Assembly: GCA_902761975.1 (NCBI GenBank)
Contig: CACWMG010000002.1
Location: forward strand, 4,179-68,178
DNA: 64,000 nucleotides
Direction of reading: 5' to 3'
Origin: Candidatus Avelusimicrobium pecoris
Lineage (GTDB): Bacteria > Elusimicrobiota > Elusimicrobia > Elusimicrobiales > Elusimicrobiaceae
The notes under the pieces were generated by a model, which had not been told where the DNA came from, did no database searches, and saw nothing but the letters and a program-made list of their open reading frames with translations. The first letter of the stretch is position 1; every line of letters begins with the position of its first letter. Shown piece by piece: positions 1 through 9,499 of this stretch. Position numbers and translations under genes: made by a program.

Positions 1-483
1 GGGGACGCGCTGACCGGGCTACAAGTAGGGGTTTTTACGGAACTGCTTTTTATTGATGTTTCTCCTTTGGGCGGAACGTTGCCCCCCAGTGCGGCGGTGT
101 GCTGTGCTATTACCCTGGCGCTATGCAGTTTGCAAATACCGGCGTATGCGGCCTTTTTTGTGGGGGTGGTAGGGGCGCTTGTGTTTGCCCAGGTGGAGCT
201 TGCTATGCGCCGCGCCCGGGCCGGTTGGATTGCCCAACAGGAACAGAAAATCCGGCGCAATCCCAATTATTTACGTCATGCGGTGGTGGAAGCGTTATCG
301 CTTAGTTTCATGGGGAATTTTGTATTTATTTTAGCGGTATGTTTAGCCGTAGGTTTGCCGCTAGCCAAAGTAATGCCGTTAGTGCCGGAAAAATTACAAC
401 TGGCGGGGAAATTTTCGTACATGGCGGTACCGTGGATTGGGTTGGCCACTCTCTTGTCCACGTTCCGGCTTAAAACGAGGTAG
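1..483 (+). CDS. PTS mannose/fructose/sorbose family EIIC component (5'-partial)
   Basis: Frame open from base 1 (GDALTGLQVGVFTELLFIDVSPLGGTLPP), hydrophobic, directly upstream of EIID, HPr and EI. Confidence 0.8.
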   Translation, partial: GDALTGLQVGVFTELLFIDVSPLGGTLPPSAAVCCAITLALCSLQIPAYAAFFVGVVGALVFAQVELAMRRARAGWIAQQEQKIRRNPNYLRHAVVEALSLSFMGNFVFILAVCLAVGLPLAKVMPLVPEKLQLAGKFSYMAVPWIGLATLLSTFRLKTR

Positions 484-485
484 CT

Positions 486-1313
486 ATGCTGACCAAAGCC
501 ATGCAACTCAACTTGTTTTTACGCTCGTTTTTAATTCAAACGGGGTGGAACTTTGCCAAGTACCAAAATCTGGGGCTTTGTTTTACCTTGTATCCGTTTG
601 TAAAAAAATTGTACGCGCAGGACCAAGAATCCATCCCCTCGGTTTTGGAGCGGTATTTGGAAAATTTTAATACGCAGCCCGTCATGGCGTCTTTTTGTAT
701 TGGGGCCCTGGCCAAACAGGAAGAACGCTTGGCCGGTGCCAAAACGTTGGCCTTATACCAACAGCGCCTGAGCGAGTGGAACAGCATGAAACGCAGTTTG
801 TCTATCACCACCGCTTCCATTGGGGACCGCCTCTTCTGGGGCACGTTAAAACCGTTTACGTTATTACTGGCCTTGTGTATTTGGTTGGTGCAAGACATCA
901 ATTTTTTTGAAGTAACCTTACAGGAAAACGTAACTTTCTGGCAAGTATTTGGCGGCGCGTTAGTAGCGTTTTTTGTGTTTAATGCCGTGGCCCTGTTTGT
1001 AAAATGGCAAGGGCTTTCCCTCAGTTATTTTGCGGAAAATAACGGTTGCTTTGGTCTTACTAAATTTGATTGGAATAAAACCATTTTTAATGCTAAAAAA
1101 ATGGGAATTATTGCCGCCGTAGTTCTTCTGTTGTGGGGCGTGTATTATTTTGTCAATGACTTACAGGCCTCCCTGGGGTTAGGGTTTATAACGCGGGCCG
1201 TCATGGTGCTTTTCTTTGTAAGCATTAGCCTAATGACCCGCAATTTGCGTATCCCCAATATGTACGTTTATTTAATTGCCGCTGTAATGTTTGCGGTGGC
1301 TTGTTTATTTTGA
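486..1313 (+). CDS. PTS mannose family EIID component
   Basis: RSFLIQTGWNF, FNTQP and ASIGDRLFWGTLKP motifs. Confidence 0.9.
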   Translation: MLTKAMQLNLFLRSFLIQTGWNFAKYQNLGLCFTLYPFVKKLYAQDQESIPSVLERYLENFNTQPVMASFCIGALAKQEERLAGAKTLALYQQRLSEWNSMKRSLSITTASIGDRLFWGTLKPFTLLLALCIWLVQDINFFEVTLQENVTFWQVFGGALVAFFVFNAVALFVKWQGLSLSYFAENNGCFGLTKFDWNKTIFNAKKMGIIAAVVLLLWGVYYFVNDLQASLGLGFITRAVMVLFFVSISLMTRNLRIPNMYVYLIAAVMFAVACLF

Positions 1314-1315
1314 GT

Positions 1316-1585
1316 ATGATACAAAAAGAACTAAAAATTTTAAACCGCCTGGGCTTACACGCCCGCCCCGCCGCGCAAATAGCGCAGACGGCCAGCGGCT
1401 TTGCGAGCGAAATTGAACTCACCAAAGACAACGTAACTATTAACGCCAAAAGTATCATGGGCGTTATGATGTTAGCGGCGGAGTTTGGCTCGTCCGTGCG
1501 CATTACCGCTAAAGGCAGTGACGAAGCACAAGCGGTGCAAGCGCTTGAAAAACTATTTGACGAAAAATTTAATGAGGAATTTTAA
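1316..1585 (+). CDS. ptsH: Phosphocarrier protein HPr
   Basis: GLHARPAA (His15) and NAKSIMG (Ser46); ATG at 1316 preferred. Confidence 0.95.
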   Translation: MIQKELKILNRLGLHARPAAQIAQTASGFASEIELTKDNVTINAKSIMGVMMLAAEFGSSVRITAKGSDEAQAVQALEKLFDEKFNEEF

Positions 1586-1588
1586 ACC

Positions 1589-3328
1589 ATGCTCGTATTA
1601 AAAGGGATCCCCGCCAGCCCGGGTATTGCTATTGGCAAAGCCGTTTTATTGCCGGGGCAAACGCTTACCGTATCTAAGCACTATATTGCGCTAGAAGCGG
1701 TAGAAGGGGAACTGCGTAAATTAGAGCGGGCTTTGGCAAAAACCTTGCAAGAGCTGGACGAAAGTGCCGTAAAAGTGCGCGAAACCTTGGGGGCCGAATA
1801 TGCCAACTTAATGGCTACCCATAAACTGATTTTGCAAGACCCCGCCTTAAAAGGCGCGGTGGTGAAAAAAATCCAAACCGATTTTTTAACAGCGCACTCG
1901 GCTATTTCGCTCACGATTCAAGAGTTAGCCGCTAATTTTGATAAAATAGAAGACCCCTTTTTCAAAGAGCGCCGCAACGATATTTACGACGCAGGCAAAC
2001 GCTTGCTTGCCAACTTAGAAGGCAACAAAAAAGATTTTCTGGCCTCTATTAAAAAACCCTCTTTACTGGTGGCGCATGATTTATTCCCGTCGGACACTAT
2101 TGCCCTGCCGGAAAACCAAATTTTAGGCTTCTGTACCGATATTGGCGGCAAAACCAGCCACACTGCGCTGCTAGCACAAAGTTTAAATATCCCGGCCGTA
2201 GTGGGGCTGTCCACCGCGTCTAAAGACGTAGCCAATGGGGACACTCTTATTATTGACGGGGAAAACGGCCTCTTAGTTATTAACCCGGACCGCTACACCC
2301 TGGCTAACTACCGTCAAATTAAGCGTGAACTTAAAAAAACAGAATCCCTCCTAAAAACCATTAACCATTTGCCGGTCATCACGCAGGACGGCCGCCGGGT
2401 CCACTTGTATGTAAATTACGACCCGCGCACCGACAATAAATATAATAAAACCTTAATTACCGACGGTCTTGGCCTGCTACGCACGGAATTTTTGTTTATG
2501 AACACCCCCGTGCCACCGTCCGAAGAGGCCCAATATAAAATTTATTTAGCCGTGGCCAAACGCTTTGATATGCGCCCGGCCACCATTCGTCTGGCAGATT
2601 TGGGAGCGGACAAAATGCCCGATTTTCCGCTAGACGAACTGGATGATGACGATAACCCGTTTATGGGTTGCCGCGGGGTGCGTCTACTGCTTAAAAACCC
2701 GGATATTTTGCGCACGCAACTGCGCGCCATTGTGCGCACCGCGTGCGAAGTGCCCGCGCAAGTAAAAGTGATGATCCCCATGGTGTCCTCGGTAGAAGAG
2801 GTACGCCACGTACGCCGCGCGTTTGACGAAGTATTGGCCGATTTTGCCAAAGAAGGCAAAAAACCGCTTAACAAAATTGCCCTGGGGGCTATGATTGAAG
2901 TGCCCGCCGCGGCAATTGCGCTAGACGGTATGATTAACGAGCTGGATTTTATTTCCATTGGCACGAACGATTTAATCCAATACTTAGTAGCGGTGGACCG
3001 CGTCAACCCCGAAGTGGCCCACATGTACGACCCCTGCCACCCGGCGGTGGGGCGCACGATACACAGTATTATTCAAACGGCACACAAACGCAATAAATTT
3101 GTGTCTATTTGCGGGGAAATCGCCTCGGACGCTAAAATGCTGCCGCTCCTTTTGGGGTGGCAAGTGGACGGGCTTTCCGTTACACCGCGGATGTATTTAC
3201 GCGTTAAAAACAATATCCGCAATTCCAATTTTGAGCACTGTTGCGACTTGGCCCAAGCCGCCCTGTTAATGGGTAGCTCGGCCGAGATTCGCGCATTAGT
3301 AGAAGACAACAACCATGAAAATTCGTAA
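1589..3328 (+). CDS. ptsI: PTS enzyme I
   Basis: GGKTSHTA phospho-His, GLLRTEFLF, SIGTNDLIQY, ICGE motifs. Confidence 0.95.
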   Translation: MLVLKGIPASPGIAIGKAVLLPGQTLTVSKHYIALEAVEGELRKLERALAKTLQELDESAVKVRETLGAEYANLMATHKLILQDPALKGAVVKKIQTDFLTAHSAISLTIQELAANFDKIEDPFFKERRNDIYDAGKRLLANLEGNKKDFLASIKKPSLLVAHDLFPSDTIALPENQILGFCTDIGGKTSHTALLAQSLNIPAVVGLSTASKDVANGDTLIIDGENGLLVINPDRYTLANYRQIKRELKKTESLLKTINHLPVITQDGRRVHLYVNYDPRTDNKYNKTLITDGLGLLRTEFLFMNTPVPPSEEAQYKIYLAVAKRFDMRPATIRLADLGADKMPDFPLDELDDDDNPFMGCRGVRLLLKNPDILRTQLRAIVRTACEVPAQVKVMIPMVSSVEEVRHVRRAFDEVLADFAKEGKKPLNKIALGAMIEVPAAAIALDGMINELDFISIGTNDLIQYLVAVDRVNPEVAHMYDPCHPAVGRTIHSIIQTAHKRNKFVSICGEIASDAKMLPLLLGWQVDGLSVTPRMYLRVKNNIRNSNFEHCCDLAQAALLMGSSAEIRALVEDNNHENS

Positions 3329-5144
3329 CTTTTCCATTGTGGCCCACATTGACCACGGCAAAACCACGCTTTCTGACCGCATTTTAGAAGATACCGGCAC
3401 TGTGCCCAAGCGCAAAATGCAAGCGCAACTGTTGGACGGTATGGACTTAGAAAGAGAGCGCGGCATTACCATTAAAGCCAAAGCCGTGCGCATTGCCTAC
3501 AAAGATTATATTTTAAATTTGATTGACACCCCCGGCCACGTGGATTTTTCGTACGAAGTCGCGCGTTCCTTGCGCGCGTGCGAAGGGGTACTTTTACTCG
3601 TGGACGCTTCGCAAGGGGTAGAAGCACAAACAGTCGCGCACGCGCATTTAGCGCAAAGTTTAGGCCTTAAAATTATCCCGGTTATGAACAAGGTGGATTT
3701 GTCCCAATCGGACGCGGACGCGTCGGAAGAGCAACTGTGGGACATTTTAAAAGAGCCCATTGAGGCCGAGCGCGTAAGCGCCAAAACCGGCATGGGCATT
3801 GAACATTTATTGGGCCGCATCATTACCGATATCCCCGCTCCTACCGGGCAAGCAGATAAACCCTTGCGCGCCCTGATTTTTGATTCATATTACGACCCGT
3901 TCCGCGGAGTCATTATGTATATCCGCTTAGTGGACGGCACGTTAAAGCCGGGGCAAACCGTGCAGTTTATGTCTTCAGGTGCCACGTACAAGGCCGAGGA
4001 AATCGGGTTTATGACGCCCAAGCAGCTGCACAAGTGCGACGTTTTATCCGCCGGGGAAGTAGGGTATTTAGCGGCCGGGATTAAAGACATCCACCAAGTA
4101 AAAGTGGGCGACACGATTACCTTGGCCGAAAACCCCGCCCAAGAACCACTCCCCGGTTACGAGGACGCCAAACCGGTGGTCTTTGCCAGTATCTTCCCGG
4201 TGGAAACGACCGATTTTCCGCTCCTTAGAAAGGCACTGGAAAAACTCCACTTGTCCGACAGTTCCTTTCAGTACCAGAGCGAAACTTCCAAAGCGCTTGG
4301 TTTTGGGTTTCGTTTGGGATTTATGGGCATTTTGCACATTGAAATTGTAAAGGAACGCTTAGAGCGCGAGTTTAATTTGTCGCTCATTGCCACGTCGCCT
4401 AACGTAGTGTATCACGTCAAATTTACGCCGCGCAAATCCCACTCGCAGGAACTGGCCGCCTTGCCGGAAGCGCCCGACGATCCCGGTTATAAAATCATTG
4501 ACAACCCGGCCAACTTCCCGCCGTACGGCGATATCATTGATATTAAAGAGCCCGTCATCCACATTACCATTGTTACTCCGGTAGAATTTATGGACGGCGT
4601 CATGACGCTACTGAAAGAAAAGCGCGGTACGTTTATGAGCATGGACCACCTTTCTAACCAGCGCGTCATTATCAAGTACGAAATGCCCATGGGCGAAATG
4701 GTCATTGATTTTTACAACAAATTAAAATCCGTTTCCAAGGGCTACGCGTCTTTTGATTATGAGGTAGCCGGCTTTAGAAGCTCCGACGTGGTACTTATGG
4801 AAATTTTACTCCACGGTAGCCCGGTGGACGCACTCTCTACCGTGGTGCATAAAGACAAAGCGCAAACCATTGGCCGCGCGCTGTGTGCCAAGTTAAAAGA
4901 GCTAATCGGCCGCCAACAATTTGAAGTCGCCGTGCAAGCCGCTATCAACGGCAAAGTAATTGCGCGCGAAACCATCCCCGCCTACCGCAAAGACGTTATT
5001 GCCAAGTGTTACGGGGGCGACATCACGCGCAAACGCAAACTGTTAGAAAAGCAAAAAGAAGGCAAAAAGCGCATGAAGTCCATTGGTAGTTTGAACATCC
5101 CGCAAGAAGCCTTCGTGGCCATGCTCAAAATTGACGAGGAATAA
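3315..5144 (+). CDS. lepA: Elongation factor 4
   Basis: IRNFSIVAHIDHGKTTL; C-terminal KCYGGDITRKRKLLEKQKEGKKRMK. Confidence 0.98.
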   Translation: MKIRNFSIVAHIDHGKTTLSDRILEDTGTVPKRKMQAQLLDGMDLERERGITIKAKAVRIAYKDYILNLIDTPGHVDFSYEVARSLRACEGVLLLVDASQGVEAQTVAHAHLAQSLGLKIIPVMNKVDLSQSDADASEEQLWDILKEPIEAERVSAKTGMGIEHLLGRIITDIPAPTGQADKPLRALIFDSYYDPFRGVIMYIRLVDGTLKPGQTVQFMSSGATYKAEEIGFMTPKQLHKCDVLSAGEVGYLAAGIKDIHQVKVGDTITLAENPAQEPLPGYEDAKPVVFASIFPVETTDFPLLRKALEKLHLSDSSFQYQSETSKALGFGFRLGFMGILHIEIVKERLEREFNLSLIATSPNVVYHVKFTPRKSHSQELAALPEAPDDPGYKIIDNPANFPPYGDIIDIKEPVIHITIVTPVEFMDGVMTLLKEKRGTFMSMDHLSNQRVIIKYEMPMGEMVIDFYNKLKSVSKGYASFDYEVAGFRSSDVVLMEILLHGSPVDALSTVVHKDKAQTIGRALCAKLKELIGRQQFEVAVQAAINGKVIARETIPAYRKDVIAKCYGGDITRKRKLLEKQKEGKKRMKSIGSLNIPQEAFVAMLKIDEE

Positions 5145-5147
5145 ATT

Positions 5148-6008
5148 ATGATTTTAGAAGGTAAAACACTCGCCGCAAAAATTCGCGAACCCTTAGCCCA
5201 AAGGGCCGAAGTTGTGCACCAAAAAATCGGGCGACCTATTACCTTGCGCGCCGTGGGCTCTACCGAGGATTATGGCGCCTACACCTACCTCAAAAAAGAG
5301 GTGTCCGCCGCCGAAAAAATCGGCATCCAAACGCACGTGCACACCGTTAGCAACCAAACCTCCGCCGCTGATTTTGTGGCCCTGGTAAAAGAACTTTCCC
5401 AAGATAAAAACACAGACGCAATTTTAATTCCGCGTCCTTTACCCACCCATTTGGCGGCCACCGATTACGCCGCCTATTTAGCCCCGCAAAAAGACGTGGA
5501 CGGTATGTCCAACGTCAACATGGGGAACTTGTTTTTGTGTAAAACGTGGGCGGAAATAGAGACTCTGCCCGGCTTTGTACCGTGCACGGCCATGGCGGTA
5601 CTTAAGTTATTAGAATTTCATCATATAGACTTAGCCGGCAAAGAAGTTTCCGTGGTAGGGCGTTCTTCTACCGTCGGGCGACCGCTGGCACATTTACTCA
5701 CTTGTAAAAATGCCACCGTTAAAATTTGCCACCGCCAAACCAATTTACCCCGCGCCGTAAAAGACGCAGACATTGTCTGTTCGGCCGCCGGTGCGCCCGG
5801 GCTGTTAAAAGCCGCGTGGCTCAAACCGGGGGCAGTGGTCATTGATATTTCTACCAATTGGCACAATAACCGGTTGGTGGGGGATGCGGACCCGGCGGAA
5901 CTAACCGCGCGCGGGATTAGTTATTCCCCGGTCCCTGGCGGAGTCGGGCCGGTAACGCTTGCGGTGTTACTGGAAAATATGGTACGCTCAAAAGAGAGGA
6001 CTTTATGA
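5148..6008 (+). CDS. folD: Methylenetetrahydrofolate dehydrogenase, FolD family (cyclohydrolase residues altered)
   Basis: KDVDG, VPCT, VVGRSSTVGRP, SPVPGGVGPVT motifs. Confidence 0.9.
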   Translation: MILEGKTLAAKIREPLAQRAEVVHQKIGRPITLRAVGSTEDYGAYTYLKKEVSAAEKIGIQTHVHTVSNQTSAADFVALVKELSQDKNTDAILIPRPLPTHLAATDYAAYLAPQKDVDGMSNVNMGNLFLCKTWAEIETLPGFVPCTAMAVLKLLEFHHIDLAGKEVSVVGRSSTVGRPLAHLLTCKNATVKICHRQTNLPRAVKDADIVCSAAGAPGLLKAAWLKPGAVVIDISTNWHNNRLVGDADPAELTARGISYSPVPGGVGPVTLAVLLENMVRSKERTL

Positions 6009-6418
6009 AGAAAATTACACTTTTTTGCTTGTTTGTAGCCGCAGTAAGTATGGCGGCCGGTTGCAAATCTAACGACACGCGCGGAATTAACAGCGAACGG
6101 TATGCCAAAAAAATCTATCTTACCAAAGAAGATTATATGGAAGATTTAAAGCAAACCGCCCAACGCCGCGAACTACAACCTAATAAAGAATCCGAATATG
6201 TTTTTAAAGTAACTCCGGAAGTAACACAAGACCCTACGGTGTATTTTTTTGATAAACGCCAACAACCCAAAGTCCCCGGCACCTATTCCGCCCAAGAATA
6301 TAAGAACGAAAAACGGTTGTGGAAAAAGCCCAAACGCTACACGCCCGAGCAATACTACGGCATGCAAGAAAGTGCCGCTCCTACCAACAACGGCGGCGAA
6401 GAAAGTTATTACGAATAA
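6005..6418 (+). CDS. Hypothetical lipoprotein
   Basis: Signal peptide with lipobox-like AAGC; overlaps the folD stop. Confidence 0.7.
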   Translation: MKKITLFCLFVAAVSMAAGCKSNDTRGINSERYAKKIYLTKEDYMEDLKQTAQRRELQPNKESEYVFKVTPEVTQDPTVYFFDKRQQPKVPGTYSAQEYKNEKRLWKKPKRYTPEQYYGMQESAAPTNNGGEESYYE

Positions 6419-6420
6419 TT

Positions 6421-6447
6421 AAAACCCCGGTTTAAGCCGGGGTTTTT
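6421..6447. terminator. Bidirectional intrinsic terminator
   Basis: AAAACCCCGG-TTTAAG-CCGGGGTTTT between convergent genes. Confidence 0.85.
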
Positions 6448-7136
6448 TATGCCAAAAAATCAGCAATTTTATCGGTAAAAATACCGTCTGCCCCTTGGGC
6501 CGCCAGCCGGTCGGCCAGCGTTTTTTCGTTGACCGTATAGCAATAAATTTTAAGGTTATGTGCGTGGCACGTTTGCGCAATTTGCGGCGTAAAACGCGTG
6601 TGGTTGATATGCACGCTTTGCGCTTTTAAACTAAGTGCTTCTTGCACATTAAAACAGCGCGTCAATTGCCCGATACACGCCGTGGGGTCCAACGCGCGCA
6701 ACCGTTGCAAAGTGGGGTAGTCAAAACTGGAAAACAAAACGCGGGGCCGCAGTTTTGGCGGGAGCGTGTTTAATAAAATTTTTTCCAAACCGGGATAAAC
6801 GTTTCCGTCGTTTTTAAGCTCTATGTTTAAAAGTTCCAAATCAGGGGTAATGTGCGGTAAAATTTCCGGCAACAAGGGCACATATACCGGGCAAGGCGTA
6901 AACGGGTTTTTGAGCGGATAATTTTTTAAATCCGCGGCGGTAAGGTCTTTTAGTTTTACGTCCACTCCAGCAGTGCTTAAGAGGGAATAATCGTGATGAA
7001 CAGCCAGCTGTCCGTCCTTTAACAAGTGCACGTCCAATTCAAAAAACCGTGCGCCCTGGGCGTGTGCCAAAGCAAAAGCATCCACCGTATTTTGAACACG
7101 CAACGTATTGGCCCCGCGGTGTGAAAAGTAAATCAT
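6447..7136 (-). CDS. Glycerophosphodiester phosphodiesterase
   Basis: SHRGA, ELDVH, VHHD, NIELK, YTVN, GIFTD motifs. Confidence 0.92.
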   Translation of the reverse strand: MIYFSHRGANTLRVQNTVDAFALAHAQGARFFELDVHLLKDGQLAVHHDYSLLSTAGVDVKLKDLTAADLKNYPLKNPFTPCPVYVPLLPEILPHITPDLELLNIELKNDGNVYPGLEKILLNTLPPKLRPRVLFSSFDYPTLQRLRALDPTACIGQLTRCFNVQEALSLKAQSVHINHTRFTPQIAQTCHAHNLKIYCYTVNEKTLADRLAAQGADGIFTDKIADFLA

Positions 7137-7177
7137 AGTTATAGTGTAAAAAAAAATACGCTACTAGGCAAATAAAG

Positions 7178-7234
7178 TATAATGTAAATACAATTTGATT
7201 CTGTTTTTGGAAGCGTTTAAGAAACGCAGTGCTT
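7178..7234 (+). promoter_or_regulatory. -10 box plus 5' fragment of the pilin-leader RNA element (truncated copy)
   Basis: TATAAT then TACAATTTGATTCTGTTTTTGGAAGCGTTTAAGAAACGCAGTGCTT, near-identical to the reverse complement of ~56451-56508. Confidence 0.75.
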
Positions 7235-7244
7235 AGCAAAGCCC

Positions 7245-7436
7245 TCATTCCCGATTTTTCCGTCCGCAGGACTCGGGAATCTTCCACATACTAAGTCGTT
7301 AGCGTTGTTCATATAGCATTATTGCCGAACTTGTTTCGGCATCTTCCACGCTTGCCTTTTTTATTAGTTTCATCCCCGAGCGCTAATAAAGTGTCATCCT
7401 AAACTTGATTCAGGATCCCCACCTTATTTTTTCCCC
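7245..7436 (+). repeat. Cluster of GTCAT...GATCTCC-type REP-like palindromes
   Basis: tcattcccga..tcgggaatcttcc, attgccgaacttgtttcggcatc, gtcatcctaaacttgattcaggatcc. Confidence 0.8.
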
Positions 7437-7481
7437 CGCGCCGCGGTGGTCGTTGCTGTATTAAATTGATATAATACTAGT

Positions 7482-8156
7482 ATGAAGAAATGTGCCGCCT
7501 TTCTAGCCGCTTTTTTACTGTGGGCCTGTGCCCCCAAAACGGTACTCAGCCCCAGTTATGATTTCAGCCAAATGGACCGCATTGGCATTATGGCGTTTTC
7601 CAACGCGTGGGCGGACCTAAACGGTGTGGAAAACCTATTCGCCAAATACTTAATCCGGAGCGGCTTTAAAGTGGTAGAGCGCGCCCAGCTGGAAAGCATC
7701 TTGCGCGAGCATAACATTTCCGTTTCCGGCTACTTATCGCCGGACACCACGCGCGAAATCGGCCGTATTTTAGGCGTAGATGTACTGCTTATTGGCGAGG
7801 TCAGTTCCTACACCCCCGCCCGTACCGAGCTTACCCTTACCTCTTCGCGCCGCACCGAATCGCGCCCCGTTATGCGCCAGGACGTCATGCGCATGCCCGA
7901 CGGCACCTACGTGGGCTACCAACGCCCCATGGGCACCCAATACACTAACTCCGTGGACGTGCGCCCCACCCAATATACCATTGACGCCAAAGTGGCTTTA
8001 ATTGCCAAACTGGTGGACGTAGAAACGGCCGAAATCGTATGGATCGGTTCGGACAGTGAAGAAAGTTCGTTGCCCTTAGACGCGGCCGATTATTTAGCCC
8101 GCAAGCTCGTCAAAAGTTTTACCAAAGAGCTTGCCAAGCGGGAGAAACAAAAATAA
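7482..8156 (+). CDS. CsgG/HfaB-like lipoprotein
   Basis: Lipobox LWAC; GFKVVERAQLESILRE, IGRILGVD, KLVDVETAEIVW. Confidence 0.75.
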   Translation: MKKCAAFLAAFLLWACAPKTVLSPSYDFSQMDRIGIMAFSNAWADLNGVENLFAKYLIRSGFKVVERAQLESILREHNISVSGYLSPDTTREIGRILGVDVLLIGEVSSYTPARTELTLTSSRRTESRPVMRQDVMRMPDGTYVGYQRPMGTQYTNSVDVRPTQYTIDAKVALIAKLVDVETAEIVWIGSDSEESSLPLDAADYLARKLVKSFTKELAKREKQK

Positions 8157-8212
8157 GCCCGCTTTCTCCCCGGGCAAAAACACCCTTTTAAATCGTTAGT
8201 AACGAGGACTTT

Positions 8213-9499
8213 ATGTTAGACATTAAACAAATTATCGCAAACCCCGAAGAAATTAAAAAACGCCTTTCCCTGCGCAAGCCGGAATTGGCCACCCAAATTG
8301 ACGACGTTTTAACCAAATACAACGCCTACAAAAAAATCTTAGCCCGCGTGGAAGAACTGCGTGCCAAACGTAACGAAATGTCCAAATCCATTGGCAAAAT
8401 CAAAAAAGAACAAGGCGACGCGGCCGCCCAAGAAGCCATGAAAGCTGTAGGCGCACTCAAAGAAGAAATGACCGCCAAAGAGGCCGAACTGGAACCCGCC
8501 AAGGCGGAAATTGACAACCTGCTTTTAAGCATCCCCAATTTACCCAACGAAAAAATCCCCTTCGGCACCAGTGATGCCGACAACCCGGAAGTCGTGCCCT
8601 GCACCCTCCCTTTGCCGCAGTTTGACTTCAAACCGTTGGACCACCAAGCCGTCGGTGAGAAACTGGGTATTTTGGATTTTGAAGCCGCCGCCGCGTTGTC
8701 TGGTAGCCGGTTTGCGTTGTTCAAAGGGGACGGCGCCCGCCTGGAGCGTGCCATCATTTCCTTTATGTTGGATTTACACGCCAAAAAGGGCTACACCGAA
8801 ATTATGCCCCCTGTTATCGTCAATGAAAACATTTTAGTAGGCACCGGCCAACTGCCCAAATTCCGCGAGGACATGTACGAACTGACCGGCGAGCCGAAAC
8901 AATTTTTAATCTCCACGGCCGAAATTCCGCTTACCAACTTAAACCGCACCCGCACCGTGGCCGAAGAAGAACTGCCCATTAAACTCACCGCGCACACACC
9001 GTGTTTCCGCAAGGAATCGGGCACGTACGGCAAAGATACCCGCGGCCTGATTCGCAACCATCAATTTGACAAAGTGGAACTGGTCATGCTCTCCAAGCCC
9101 GAAAATTCCTATGAGATGCTCGAGCAAATGGTGCTGGACGCGCAAGACGTTCTTAAACAGTTGGAAATCCCATACCACGTCGTAGAACTATGCAGTGGGG
9201 ACATTGGTTTCTCCTCTGCCAAGACCTACGATATTGAGGTCTGGATGCCCAGCGAAAATAAATTCCGCGAAATTTCTTCCTGTTCCAACTGTTTGGACTT
9301 CCAAGCCCGCCGCATGGGCCTGCGCTTTAAAAACGCGCAAGGCAAATTGGAATATGTCCACACCTTAAACGGCAGTGGGTTAGCCGTCGGGCGCACGTTT
9401 GCCGCCATTTTGGAAAACTTCCAACAAAAAGACGGTTCCGTACGCATCCCCAAAGCCTTAGTGCCGTATTTTGGTAAAGATAAACTTGAGGTAAAATAA
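8213..9499 (+). CDS. serS: Serine--tRNA ligase
   Basis: GQLPKF, CFRKESG, EISSCSNC, HTLNGSGLAVGR. Confidence 0.98.
   Translation: MLDIKQIIANPEEIKKRLSLRKPELATQIDDVLTKYNAYKKILARVEELRAKRNEMSKSIGKIKKEQGDAAAQEAMKAVGALKEEMTAKEAELEPAKAEIDNLLLSIPNLPNEKIPFGTSDADNPEVVPCTLPLPQFDFKPLDHQAVGEKLGILDFEAAAALSGSRFALFKGDGARLERAIISFMLDLHAKKGYTEIMPPVIVNENILVGTGQLPKFREDMYELTGEPKQFLISTAEIPLTNLNRTRTVAEEELPIKLTAHTPCFRKESGTYGKDTRGLIRNHQFDKVELVMLSKPENSYEMLEQMVLDAQDVLKQLEIPYHVVELCSGDIGFSSAKTYDIEVWMPSENKFREISSCSNCLDFQARRMGLRFKNAQGKLEYVHTLNGSGLAVGRTFAAILENFQQKDGSVRIPKALVPYFGKDKLEVK

Noticed and set aside
8157-8212. T-box leader before serS
   Set aside because: Too short and no T-box consensus
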